Below, in pieces: positions 18,871 through 28,306 of a stretch of DNA of 64,000 bases. Positions within the stretch are counted from its first letter, which is position 1. Every line of letters starts with the position of its first letter. Below the pieces are notes generated by a model. It saw only the letters and a list, made by a program, of their open reading frames with translations. It did no database searches and was not told the DNA's origin. The translations under genes and the position numbers were made by a program. Source of the stretch: Candidatus Micrarchaeota archaeon (GTDB taxonomy: Archaea > Micrarchaeota > Micrarchaeia > Anstonellales > Anstonellaceae); the NCBI GenBank assembly GCA_026414325.1, contig JAOAJF010000001.1, positions 36,090 through 100,089 of the forward strand. The letters run 5' to 3'.

Positions 18871-21800
18871 ATGTTTTTCTCTTTCCAACAAATGCCACAA
18901 TCAACTAAGACCCCACAACAACAGCTAATTCAAACTGTTTTTATTGATTTTAATTCAACACAGAATTTTCTCTCAGATCTTAAAAACGCAAAGGATAAAA
19001 TAATGTTTCTACTAGAGAACTTTTCTCATCCTATTTCATTCTATCTTCAGGATCTTTTAAAAAATCGCTCTAAATATCTTACTTTAGATCCAAATTCTAG
19101 AGCATCGATTTTCTTTTATACCAACTTTGATGGTATTAATCAAACGACTTTCGAATTCCGTCCTGACTTAAAAAAAGACTTTCAAAACCTCGTTCTTATC
19201 CAATTACTATGTAATCCAGCTAGCGTAACTAAAGAAATTTTTAATATTGCTTTTAATAATGAACCTTTCGATCAAACAAAAGTAATTGATTTTATTAATC
19301 GGTATAAAGAAGATATAGATTCTATCCAGAGAAAATTTAATTCATTAGGTCTGCCTATTTTCTTTGGTGAAAAAGCTAGCTTTTATGAAGTTTATAGCAA
19401 TCCAAAAAATTTTTATTATATGTTTCATGAGTTTGGTTCTGAAGGTTATACTTCAGAAAGGCAAAAATTTCAACATTTTTTTCCAGGAGCAAAATATCTT
19501 CATTGGGCTGCAGATCAGATTGTAACTTCAATCAAGTTTTTAGTTGATAACAGAATATTACCTAGCTCAATGTCTGTTTCAATCAATCAGAATTGGGAGC
19601 AATTTTCTAAAGAGCTGCAAAAGTATCTTCAAGATAATTTTGGTATTGATATTTCAGATTTTTTAATTTCATATCCTAATTTTGAAGCACCCAGAGATTT
19701 ATATACATCTTTTCTAAAATCCTCTGATTCGTCTAATAAAGTTTCTAAGTTACTTGACAAATTACAAAACGAGTATGATGTACCAAATACTAAAAATCAG
19801 TCAATTTTAAATAAAAAGTTAAATGATATTAAAAATAGTCTCCACAAGAATTCATTAGATGAAAATACAAGTTTTTTATTTAATTTTTTTGGAGCTGCCG
19901 GTTGTTCTTACTGGCTTTCATCCCTAATTGCTCTTGTTTTTTTTGATCAAGTAGAAACAGGAAAAGATGGTCCTTTTAAGTTTGACAAAGGAGGAAGAGA
20001 ACAATGGAGAAATTATTTTTCTATTTATAATGGGATGTTTTACAATAAAGATGGTTCAATAAATTATGATAAAATAGATAATCTTCTGACAACTGATTTT
20101 ATTAAGGATGATAAAAAACTAAATATTATAAAACAAAAAAGAGATCACCATGAAAAATTGACTATAGAAGAAATTAACTATCTTTCTTCCGAGCTTATGA
20201 AATCTCTCTTTACTTTTTCAATATTCTCTTTTGCTTCTGGAGAAAACATTTTAGAAGCTGATTCTATCTCCTATTTATCTGTCTTTAAAGATTTTATAAT
20301 GAAAAACTTAGAAATTTTGACCTTACTTAAAATAAAACTAAATACAAATAGCGTTGAAAAAGTTAAAGACTCTTTCTCAAAAATTTTAAAATATGGTTTT
20401 TTTGGGGCGAATGTATCTTATGTAGTATGTGATGTGGATTATAATCCATTTTCACCTTATGGTGAGTTAAAGTATTATCCAGAAGCAGAAGAGTGGTACT
20501 CATTTTCAGAATTTGCAAAAGACGTTTCAATTTATGCAGATAAAAATAATAATCCAACTCTTAAAAAAGAGCTTATTCAACAAGGTTTTGTCAACTACCT
20601 TCCTGATGATGTTCTTCCAACAAAAGAGGATCAACAAAATAAGAAAATAAAAGTTGGTTGGGTAGATCAACAAGGTACTGTGCATTTTGGAGATGGCTCT
20701 ACAAAAGTTTCAGACATAATACAAAAAGGAGGAAAAATAGTGTATTTTTTAGAAAAGTCTGATTTATCCTTTATAAAAAAACAATTTTTTAGTCAGGATG
20801 GAGCTTACAAAACTGTTGGGGACTTGTTAATGAAAAAACATAGGCGTTTATCTGTAGCAGGTAATGGTTCTACTTACTCACTCTATACTTATAATTATAA
20901 TGAAAACAATCAAAATCAACCAATATCTATATATAAAGAAACTAAAAAATATTGTATAAATCCATTAGATGAAAACCCTTCATTGAAGTCTGTTATTGTA
21001 TCCAATAAAACACAAATTCCTAATTTTTATAGTTATATAGTTACAGAAGATGGCCAATCTTCTACTATTTCTAATTTTAAAGATTTTACTACCGAGGAAC
21101 CACCTCTTGACATTTCTTCTTCTGGTAATAAAATTATTTATATTCTTAAAGGTGTAACGCCAGCTTATGTTGCTCCCAACCCTTTTGATCCTATCGATAA
21201 TATACCTGCAATTCATCAAAATCCACCGAACATTTTTTCTGGAGTATTCAAAGACCCGTTAAAAGATCGTTATTTTGTAGTTACTGGTTATAAAAAATCT
21301 CAAACCACAACTGAGATAAGCGCATCTGTGGAGGCATCTACTTCTTCTACAATAGTCTCGAGAGGAGAAAATAAAGCTACGACATTTAACAATAAGAGTT
21401 CTATCAATCTCAACATTTCATTCCCATTCTCCATTTCATCAATAGAGTCAATCGAACAAAATATCTCTATTGTTAGGTTAATAATTAAAAAAAGTGATAA
21501 CAAATTATACTTATACAACCCTAATAAAACTGATAACAACTTGGCTAAATTATATAACGAAAATGGTGAGGCAGTTTCTCTTGAAATGCTAGATAACCTA
21601 CTAAAAAATTATGGTGTTGGGTCTATTGATTTGTATGAAGACCCAAAGGCGCAAAAAAAACTTTTTTCTATTACTTTTAATCCAGACAAATTGGATTTTT
21701 CAATTATAGCGGAAGAAGAGACTAATAATAGCATTCGAAATTATGCATATACACATACTACTGATCCTTCTAAGCCTGGTTTTTCCATTAAAAAATCTCC

Positions 21801-22161
21801 TAATGATGATAAAACACTACAAATTACTCTCCCCATGGTTACTGATTCAAGTCTGGGGCGTATAACTATTATCGACATCCCATATATTCATCCATTTGAA
21901 TTATCTTTAGAGAAATACCTATCTGGAAACGGTTCAATCTCAGGTTATTTCAACGAAAGGAATGTTTTTATCTCTCGCAATGATGGCACTATAAAAGATA
22001 CAACCAGTAATGAGCTTTTTAAGTTAGACCTTAAAAATTCTAGAGTAATTTTTCGCAATGGAAACCCAGAATTTGTTCTAATAATCGATAAAAATTCTTT
22101 AAATAAGGAGAACCTAAAATATTTTTTGGATCCAAAAACTAAAAACACAAGGGGAGGTTAA
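18871..22161 (+). CDS. Large hypothetical protein (1096 aa)
   Basis: Long ORF; helical N-half, beta-rich C-half with a Ser/Thr-rich stretch; no known motif. Confidence 0.8.
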   Translation: MFFSFQQMPQSTKTPQQQLIQTVFIDFNSTQNFLSDLKNAKDKIMFLLENFSHPISFYLQDLLKNRSKYLTLDPNSRASIFFYTNFDGINQTTFEFRPDLKKDFQNLVLIQLLCNPASVTKEIFNIAFNNEPFDQTKVIDFINRYKEDIDSIQRKFNSLGLPIFFGEKASFYEVYSNPKNFYYMFHEFGSEGYTSERQKFQHFFPGAKYLHWAADQIVTSIKFLVDNRILPSSMSVSINQNWEQFSKELQKYLQDNFGIDISDFLISYPNFEAPRDLYTSFLKSSDSSNKVSKLLDKLQNEYDVPNTKNQSILNKKLNDIKNSLHKNSLDENTSFLFNFFGAAGCSYWLSSLIALVFFDQVETGKDGPFKFDKGGREQWRNYFSIYNGMFYNKDGSINYDKIDNLLTTDFIKDDKKLNIIKQKRDHHEKLTIEEINYLSSELMKSLFTFSIFSFASGENILEADSISYLSVFKDFIMKNLEILTLLKIKLNTNSVEKVKDSFSKILKYGFFGANVSYVVCDVDYNPFSPYGELKYYPEAEEWYSFSEFAKDVSIYADKNNNPTLKKELIQQGFVNYLPDDVLPTKEDQQNKKIKVGWVDQQGTVHFGDGSTKVSDIIQKGGKIVYFLEKSDLSFIKKQFFSQDGAYKTVGDLLMKKHRRLSVAGNGSTYSLYTYNYNENNQNQPISIYKETKKYCINPLDENPSLKSVIVSNKTQIPNFYSYIVTEDGQSSTISNFKDFTTEEPPLDISSSGNKIIYILKGVTPAYVAPNPFDPIDNIPAIHQNPPNIFSGVFKDPLKDRYFVVTGYKKSQTTTEISASVEASTSSTIVSRGENKATTFNNKSSINLNISFPFSISSIESIEQNISIVRLIIKKSDNKLYLYNPNKTDNNLAKLYNENGEAVSLEMLDNLLKNYGVGSIDLYEDPKAQKKLFSITFNPDKLDFSIIAEEETNNSIRNYAYTHTTDPSKPGFSIKKSPNDDKTLQITLPMVTDSSLGRITIIDIPYIHPFELSLEKYLSGNGSISGYFNERNVFISRNDGTIKDTTSNELFKLDLKNSRVIFRNGNPEFVLIIDKNSLNKENLKYFLDPKTKNTRGG

Positions 22162-23510
22162 TGCCAAATCTCTTTCAGTTTGCTATTAGAGAAGAAAAAA
22201 ATGAAATCAAAACTAACAAAGAAATTCCGACTACTACGATGGTTGAATTTAAAAATTTGTTATTTCGTATAGCTACTCCAAAAAATTCAAATTCAGGTTT
22301 TGAGCTCAATGTCTATTTTTCTGAACCTGAAACAAACCAAAAATTTAGTTTATCCGAAATGCTTGATTATATTGTGAATTTTATTCACAAACAAGATAGT
22401 TCAATTCAGCAAAAACTTTTTAAAATCTTTCTTCTTTATCTCTCTGATATACTAAATACAGATAATTCTAATTTGTCTATTAAACAAAGAGATAATATAT
22501 TTACTATTGAACAAATAAAAGATTTGATAAATAAGAAAATACAAGATCATAGCAAAATTCCAGTTGATGGGAAAAATCTTTTTTCTTCCTTACAAATAGG
22601 TAAACCCACCAATACTAACTGGAATAAACAAAAATGGGAAGAGAAAGACTTTCAATTAGATTTTTCAGAAATTTTAGGACCTTCTAAAACTCAACCTATC
22701 CAAGAAACCGATAAAATTTCTCAAACCACAACTTTCTCAGAAAACAAAACAAATGAAGAAAAAGAGCAATCCACTACTGTTAAAAAACAAAAAGCCGAAG
22801 TATCCACGCCTTCTATTAAACCAGGAGATACTCCAAGCCATCCTACGACTCCAAATCAAGAACCTTCTAGTTTTAATAGAGATTTTAGTAATTTATCATA
22901 TCTTTTACATCACAAAGAACCAAACGAAGTTATTATCCAAGACTTTAAAAAAAACTATGTAAAGTTTGCTTTAAAGCATAATTCTAGTAATCCAAAAGAT
23001 TTTAATAAAGAATCAAAGTCTTTTTCTGAGTTTCTTCCTTTTTTAAAGTTCTGCGTTAATAATCATTTATATGAGCCTTTACATTATGCTCTAACTTTTA
23101 TTTCTAATTTTTATAAGCTAGAGATAAACCTTAATGATTTTTCTACTAACTTGTTACAACTTACTATGCAAATTAGTACGAAAGAAAGTAGTATGGAACA
23201 AGGCGACATAGTTTCATTTTTTATATTATTAAAATTTTTAAAAAGAGCAAAAGAAGATGAAGATAATTCACATACTTTTTACATAACTACATCTGCAAAT
23301 AAAAAAGAAAAAATTAAAGACGCTGTCAAATATTTTTTGGTTTATCTACCTGAAATTAAAGATGATACGCATAGAGATTTTAAAATTGTTTTAGAAAGTT
23401 ATTCTGGTACTGGAATGAAAGAAACAGCGATGCCCTCTCACATCATCTCTAAGCTCAAAACCAGCTTCAGCGGTCTTGGGCTTAGGCCAGACTATTTTTT
23501 AAACCCCTAA
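22161..23510 (+). CDS. Hypothetical protein, two domains joined by a P/S/T/E-rich linker
   Basis: TAATG stop/start overlap with a GGGGAGG SD; low-complexity linker in the middle of the protein. Confidence 0.75.
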   Translation: MPNLFQFAIREEKNEIKTNKEIPTTTMVEFKNLLFRIATPKNSNSGFELNVYFSEPETNQKFSLSEMLDYIVNFIHKQDSSIQQKLFKIFLLYLSDILNTDNSNLSIKQRDNIFTIEQIKDLINKKIQDHSKIPVDGKNLFSSLQIGKPTNTNWNKQKWEEKDFQLDFSEILGPSKTQPIQETDKISQTTTFSENKTNEEKEQSTTVKKQKAEVSTPSIKPGDTPSHPTTPNQEPSSFNRDFSNLSYLLHHKEPNEVIIQDFKKNYVKFALKHNSSNPKDFNKESKSFSEFLPFLKFCVNNHLYEPLHYALTFISNFYKLEINLNDFSTNLLQLTMQISTKESSMEQGDIVSFFILLKFLKRAKEDEDNSHTFYITTSANKKEKIKDAVKYFLVYLPEIKDDTHRDFKIVLESYSGTGMKETAMPSHIISKLKTSFSGLGLRPDYFLNP

Positions 23511-23555
23511 ATAGCAATCAGAACCTATATAAATTTTATTCTTATTAGTAAGATT

Positions 23556-25148
23556 ATGGTTTTTATGGTTCTTCAACAACCAAATCAAAGTATAGTTAAA
23601 TCCCCCATGTTAAAATCTTTAGAATCAGAGATCCACAATTTTATTAATAATGATTCTATTCCAAATACTATTCTTGAAAAGTTTCAATCCATTTTTTCCC
23701 AATTTGAAACGTTAGGTAATAAAGATAAAAAAAATGTTACAGATGATTTGACGTCGTTAATCAACTTCATCAATAATAAGCAATCTGGCTGGATTCCTAA
23801 GATAAAACAAGTTCTAGACGCAGTACCGAATGAAAAAACAAAAAAAGAATTAGAAACGATCTTCGATAGTTCTACCTCAACAACCAAGCCAGAAGAGAGA
23901 GGATCTTCTGTGACTGAAATTTTTAATCCAAAAGAACCACATGTCTTTATATTTTTTAACCCCACGCATTTTTCTAGTCTGTCAACCGTTGGATTTTTCT
24001 TGCCTTCAAACTTTTTTTCGACTTCTAGTGATTATGAGAAAACAAAAAATTTTTTAAAAAATCTTAATAGGCTTTTTATATCTTTAGCTCTACTTGAATC
24101 TCTAAAGAGTGATCCAAATGCTAAGCATTTATTAGCTATTATAGCAAATGAGGCTATCAAAAGAGCACAAGAACTTTGTATGCAGTCTAATCCTGATGAT
24201 TTCCAGTTTAAAAACTTTGCGACCTTGCAGCGTATAGCATCCTCTGATCCAAAGTCGGTTTCAGAGAATGCTGATTTCTACCTTAAAGATCTCTCTGGGC
24301 AAGATGTGAAACACAAAACTGAACAAAAAAATAATAAACACGTTTTTTCTATAGGTACTTATGGAAATATTAACTTTCTAGGTCTACCTTTTTTTGGTTC
24401 AGCCAAACTTACTCTTGTTGGGGGGGATCCGTTTTTACAATGGAACCCAGCTTATTTAGATACTGATCTATCTACTAAAATAGGCGATATAGGTTTAGGG
24501 GTTAGGACAGGAATATATCTTAAAGATCCATCTCTTGATATATTTGAGATAGACGTTTCTTTTCCCTCTACTCCGAAAGGCATAATTCCACAATATCCTT
24601 TTTTGGTTGCGGGATTTTACTATCAAAATTCAACATTAGGAAAATTTTTATTAAACCCTGAAAATCTCTTTGGAACCAATCCCTCACCGATCGTCTACTT
24701 TCTTAATTATCAAAAGATGGGTGTTTCAGTAGGTGGTGGTGGTGCTCTGAACATAGGCAAATTTTTAGGAGTATACTTCCAAATTTATTTTATGGGTAGC
24801 CTGAAATTTGGTTTTTATAGGTTAACGCTACATTCTAATACAACTAATGAAAAACATTCCACACCACCGGAAAAACATTCCACACCACCGAAACCCGTAG
24901 GAGTCTTTGAAGGTTTTTTCGCTTTTAGTTTTAGTTTATCTCCTTCTAGTTCATCTCCTGGTCCCTCGGATTTAAGATTCACTATTGGGGGTGGATACTA
25001 CCCTATAGATCCTTATCAAACTAATCCCCCATATAGCTCGGTAGGAGTACAATTTGAAAGAAAGCCAGTCACTATAAACTTTGGTCTAAAAAATTATAAG
25101 GATGATACTCGGTTTGAGGTTGGTATAAAAATATATCTAAATAATTAA
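23556..25148 (+). CDS. Hypothetical protein, helical N-half plus putative beta-barrel C-half
   Basis: Gly/aromatic-rich alternating strands; ends TRFEVGIKIYLNN. Confidence 0.75.
   Translation: MVFMVLQQPNQSIVKSPMLKSLESEIHNFINNDSIPNTILEKFQSIFSQFETLGNKDKKNVTDDLTSLINFINNKQSGWIPKIKQVLDAVPNEKTKKELETIFDSSTSTTKPEERGSSVTEIFNPKEPHVFIFFNPTHFSSLSTVGFFLPSNFFSTSSDYEKTKNFLKNLNRLFISLALLESLKSDPNAKHLLAIIANEAIKRAQELCMQSNPDDFQFKNFATLQRIASSDPKSVSENADFYLKDLSGQDVKHKTEQKNNKHVFSIGTYGNINFLGLPFFGSAKLTLVGGDPFLQWNPAYLDTDLSTKIGDIGLGVRTGIYLKDPSLDIFEIDVSFPSTPKGIIPQYPFLVAGFYYQNSTLGKFLLNPENLFGTNPSPIVYFLNYQKMGVSVGGGGALNIGKFLGVYFQIYFMGSLKFGFYRLTLHSNTTNEKHSTPPEKHSTPPKPVGVFEGFFAFSFSLSPSSSSPGPSDLRFTIGGGYYPIDPYQTNPPYSSVGVQFERKPVTINFGLKNYKDDTRFEVGIKIYLNN
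24849..24890 (+). repeat. Perfect in-frame 21-bp tandem duplication (EKHSTPP x2)
   Basis: GAAAAACATTCCACACCACCG repeated twice. Confidence 0.95.
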
Positions 25149-25212
25149 TCTAAATAAAAAATAAAATACCTTAAAAACATTTATAGGTGTTAAAAAATCT
25201 GATGGTGAAAAA

Positions 25213-27540
25213 ATGATAAGAACAACAGTATTTTTTGTATTTGTTTTTAGCATTTTACTTTCCATGTCATTTAGTAGCTTTTTTACTATCTATAGTGGAA
25301 CTCTAAGTCCAACTGCTGATACTCTCAGTAAACTAGACACAGATGTAGAGATAGTTTCATATTTTAATTCATACCCAGATAAAAACACGAGATTTTTTAT
25401 ACCTAAAAAAACAGATGAAAAAACCCCACTTTTAGCTATTAATTACATGTGCCCTGGAAAATTAAAATTTGAGTTTTGGTCTAAAGGGGAATTTCATATC
25501 AAAAAATTTAGCGCAGTTTCTCAATATTATTTTCCAATAAAGTGTAACAAAAATACTGTGGATGGCAAAACTTATACTATTTGTTCATTTGCTTGTGATT
25601 GCTCAACAAGGATAGAAGATTGTATGTCTGAGGTTTATTCTTCAAAAGCTTGTAGACTTTGGGTTAATGAGGATGGCACTAAAAGCGAAGAACTTTTAAA
25701 TCCACATCCTATAACCTTTATCTCAGGAAAAACATATGAGCAGTTAAGTACCTTAAATTTGGGCCAAATAAGGAAACAGGAAAAAAAGGAAATGTTCGAT
25801 AATTTTTCTAAATTTTTCAAAGAAAAAAGAGAATTGGCCAATCTTAATCCAGCTATTATATTATCTAGTTCTGGTTCTAGTTCAGATATTATTCCAATTT
25901 ATCCAAATCACAAAGTCTATTCAACTATATTCTTAGCAGGAGAGGTCGGTATAGAAAAAAGAACATCTTCTTCTACAGAGTTCATAACTGAAAAAATAGG
26001 TGAAGACATAGATGGAACTACTCCAAAATATACAAAAGAAATATTTTTAGACAATAATCAACAAGATACCTTTAATGTTGGAAAGATACAATATAGAGGG
26101 CAAATCTATACCTTTAGAGGAATTTTTAAACCTAATAACTATCTTGGGGGGTTATTACCTCTTCCTATTGATCAAGATTTTAGCACCATTTTTATATTAA
26201 AAAAACATAAGCTAACTTTAGAAGAAGCGAAAAACAAAATAAAACAATCTTTAATCGTTTATGTGGTGGAGCCAAAAGATTGTTCTGAAATAGAAGTTGT
26301 AGCTATAAATCCAACAGTTTTAGAAAATCTCAAAGAAAACAAACCAGTTGAGCTAAAAGTCGTAGTTAGTTCTCCTTATGAACTATTTGGTATGAAGGCA
26401 ACTAAAGTAAAGGCTAAAAATCCATCAGATTGGAAAGTAGAGCCAATCGATCCTGTAGATTTTGCAGAGCCATTTTCTTCTAATGAACCAAAAGAAATCG
26501 ATCTAAAAATAACCCCAACAAGCTCTGGTTTAACAACAATAAGTTCAAAAGATAAAAAATTCTGTTTTACTATCGAATTTGAATCGGATACTCCTTTCTG
26601 TGATGGCTCTATTTGCACAACCTCAAAAGAGGTTTGTGTTACTTACTCTCCAACTTATGTTTTTTCCTGTGCTCTAAACTCAAATATTACAAAGTACACT
26701 AAAAATACTCCGACTTTGTTTGCAGGAGAATCAGCCATGATTTTTACTCGTTGTTATGTAAATAAAGTAGAAACGATTTGTCCTTCTCCTTTAACATGGT
26801 CTGTTTCAGGTTTTACTTCTCCTCCTTCAAAGCAAGAAAGAGTTAGTTTAACTCTCTTTGGAACACCAAAACCACCTCCATTTTCAAATAAACCAATTCA
26901 AACCTTAGGACCAATTCCTCTCTTTGGTAAACCACATGCTATATTTTTTCATACTTATTCTTCGGCTGAGACTATAGAATACGGAGTAAAACCAACACCC
27001 TCTTCTACAGGAAAAATTACTGTAAGTGGAAATATCGATGGAGAGGAATTTATATGCCATTTACCAATTTATGTTATTGGAAAGTTTTTGCCTGACCTTG
27101 TTCCAATAGTGGAAGAAAGAAAAATGTCTTTTGAAAAAAATAACCCTATTTATCCAATCTTTAGTTTCAGATGGGGCGTAAGAAACGAAAAATTTCAATT
27201 TTTAAAACCAAAGGATTCTCCACTCTCTCCAATCCCAGTAACAGATGACCTTGAAACAGAAAATACTGATATTACTCAGCCATTTAAAATAACTCTTTAT
27301 CTGTATGATCCAAACACTAAAAATTATGCTCCTGTTAAAACTGTTACAGTAAATGGGCTTAAAGCAGGAGAAAGCTTTATGGTAGAACAATTTTCTTATG
27401 CTTGCAACTCTCCATATTTAAGAGATGCATTAGTTGTAGTAGATGATGGAAACTCCATAGTAGAAAGAAATGAAGAAAACAACAAACAATTAGAATTTTT
27501 GAACTGCATCTATCGTATGGTTTGTCCAGATTTTGTTTAG
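25213..27540 (+). CDS. Secreted Cys-rich surface protein with a C-terminal CARDB-like Ig domain
   Basis: Signal peptide MIRTTVFFVFVFSILLSMSFS; LPDLV..VRN..GLKAGES..VVVDDGNSIVERNEENN; GGTGA SD. Confidence 0.75.
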   Translation: MIRTTVFFVFVFSILLSMSFSSFFTIYSGTLSPTADTLSKLDTDVEIVSYFNSYPDKNTRFFIPKKTDEKTPLLAINYMCPGKLKFEFWSKGEFHIKKFSAVSQYYFPIKCNKNTVDGKTYTICSFACDCSTRIEDCMSEVYSSKACRLWVNEDGTKSEELLNPHPITFISGKTYEQLSTLNLGQIRKQEKKEMFDNFSKFFKEKRELANLNPAIILSSSGSSSDIIPIYPNHKVYSTIFLAGEVGIEKRTSSSTEFITEKIGEDIDGTTPKYTKEIFLDNNQQDTFNVGKIQYRGQIYTFRGIFKPNNYLGGLLPLPIDQDFSTIFILKKHKLTLEEAKNKIKQSLIVYVVEPKDCSEIEVVAINPTVLENLKENKPVELKVVVSSPYELFGMKATKVKAKNPSDWKVEPIDPVDFAEPFSSNEPKEIDLKITPTSSGLTTISSKDKKFCFTIEFESDTPFCDGSICTTSKEVCVTYSPTYVFSCALNSNITKYTKNTPTLFAGESAMIFTRCYVNKVETICPSPLTWSVSGFTSPPSKQERVSLTLFGTPKPPPFSNKPIQTLGPIPLFGKPHAIFFHTYSSAETIEYGVKPTPSSTGKITVSGNIDGEEFICHLPIYVIGKFLPDLVPIVEERKMSFEKNNPIYPIFSFRWGVRNEKFQFLKPKDSPLSPIPVTDDLETENTDITQPFKITLYLYDPNTKNYAPVKTVTVNGLKAGESFMVEQFSYACNSPYLRDALVVVDDGNSIVERNEENNKQLEFLNCIYRMVCPDFV

Positions 27541-27578
27541 GTTTAAGCTTTATATACTAAAAAACCCAATTTTTAATT

Positions 27579-28238
27579 ATGGCAGCCAAGCTCCCTTCGA
27601 TAAAAAACCTGGACCTTTCTTTTCTTAAAAAGGAGCAAAAACAAAAAGAGTATCAGGAAAACGAAATCCAACAGCTACAAGAGCAGCTAAAAATAAAAGA
27701 TCTACAAATAGAAATTCTTTATCTAATTATTGATCGCTATCGCTCTATAATCGAAGAATCAGAATCAAAGTCAATAGCCGAGCTTTCTTTATTAGTAAAA
27801 CCTTTAGATGGAACAATAAACGAATTAAAAATCTATATTCAAGACCAGTTTCATCCCTATATTTATGAACAACATTTTTTAGCAGCAACACAAAAAGCCC
27901 TTGACATTATTTTTTCTTGGAAAAAAATAAAGCTTCCAATCTCTTTCTGGTTAACTTTTGATGAAATGGCAAAATTAAAAGCAGCAGATGATATTGATAG
28001 AGCTATTTTCATTTGTTCTCTTTTTCGAGCTTTAGGCTCAGACTCAGCAAAAGTAATAATAGCAAAGGACAAATCAGCATGGGTTTTTTTTAGTTTTGAA
28101 AACAAAGACTACATAGTAGATATTGTAAAAAAATCAATGTCAGCCTATCCAAAAGATTGCCCAGAAATAAAAGAATTTTTCTATTCTGCTCTTTACATAT
28201 TTAATGATAAAGAATATCAGGATTTATCTGAAGGCTAA
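27579..28238 (+). CDS. Coiled coil plus degenerate transglutaminase-like domain protein
   Basis: ADDIDRAIFICSLFRALG...SAWV...YIVD resembles GDCEDxA(I)LLCSLLRALG..HAWV..YxxD. Confidence 0.55.
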   Translation: MAAKLPSIKNLDLSFLKKEQKQKEYQENEIQQLQEQLKIKDLQIEILYLIIDRYRSIIEESESKSIAELSLLVKPLDGTINELKIYIQDQFHPYIYEQHFLAATQKALDIIFSWKKIKLPISFWLTFDEMAKLKAADDIDRAIFICSLFRALGSDSAKVIIAKDKSAWVFFSFENKDYIVDIVKKSMSAYPKDCPEIKEFFYSALYIFNDKEYQDLSEG

Positions 28239-28306
28239 ACTATATAAAAATCTGTGGTAATTTTTAAAAGAAAAAGATTATAAACATTTTATTTTATAAT
28301 ATTTTT

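Noticed and set aside
14304..27540. Provirus or integrated mobile element explanation for the orphan block
   Set aside because: No integrase, terminase, capsid, transposase or att-like repeats; genes have host-like promoters, and neither tRNA in the window is adjacent
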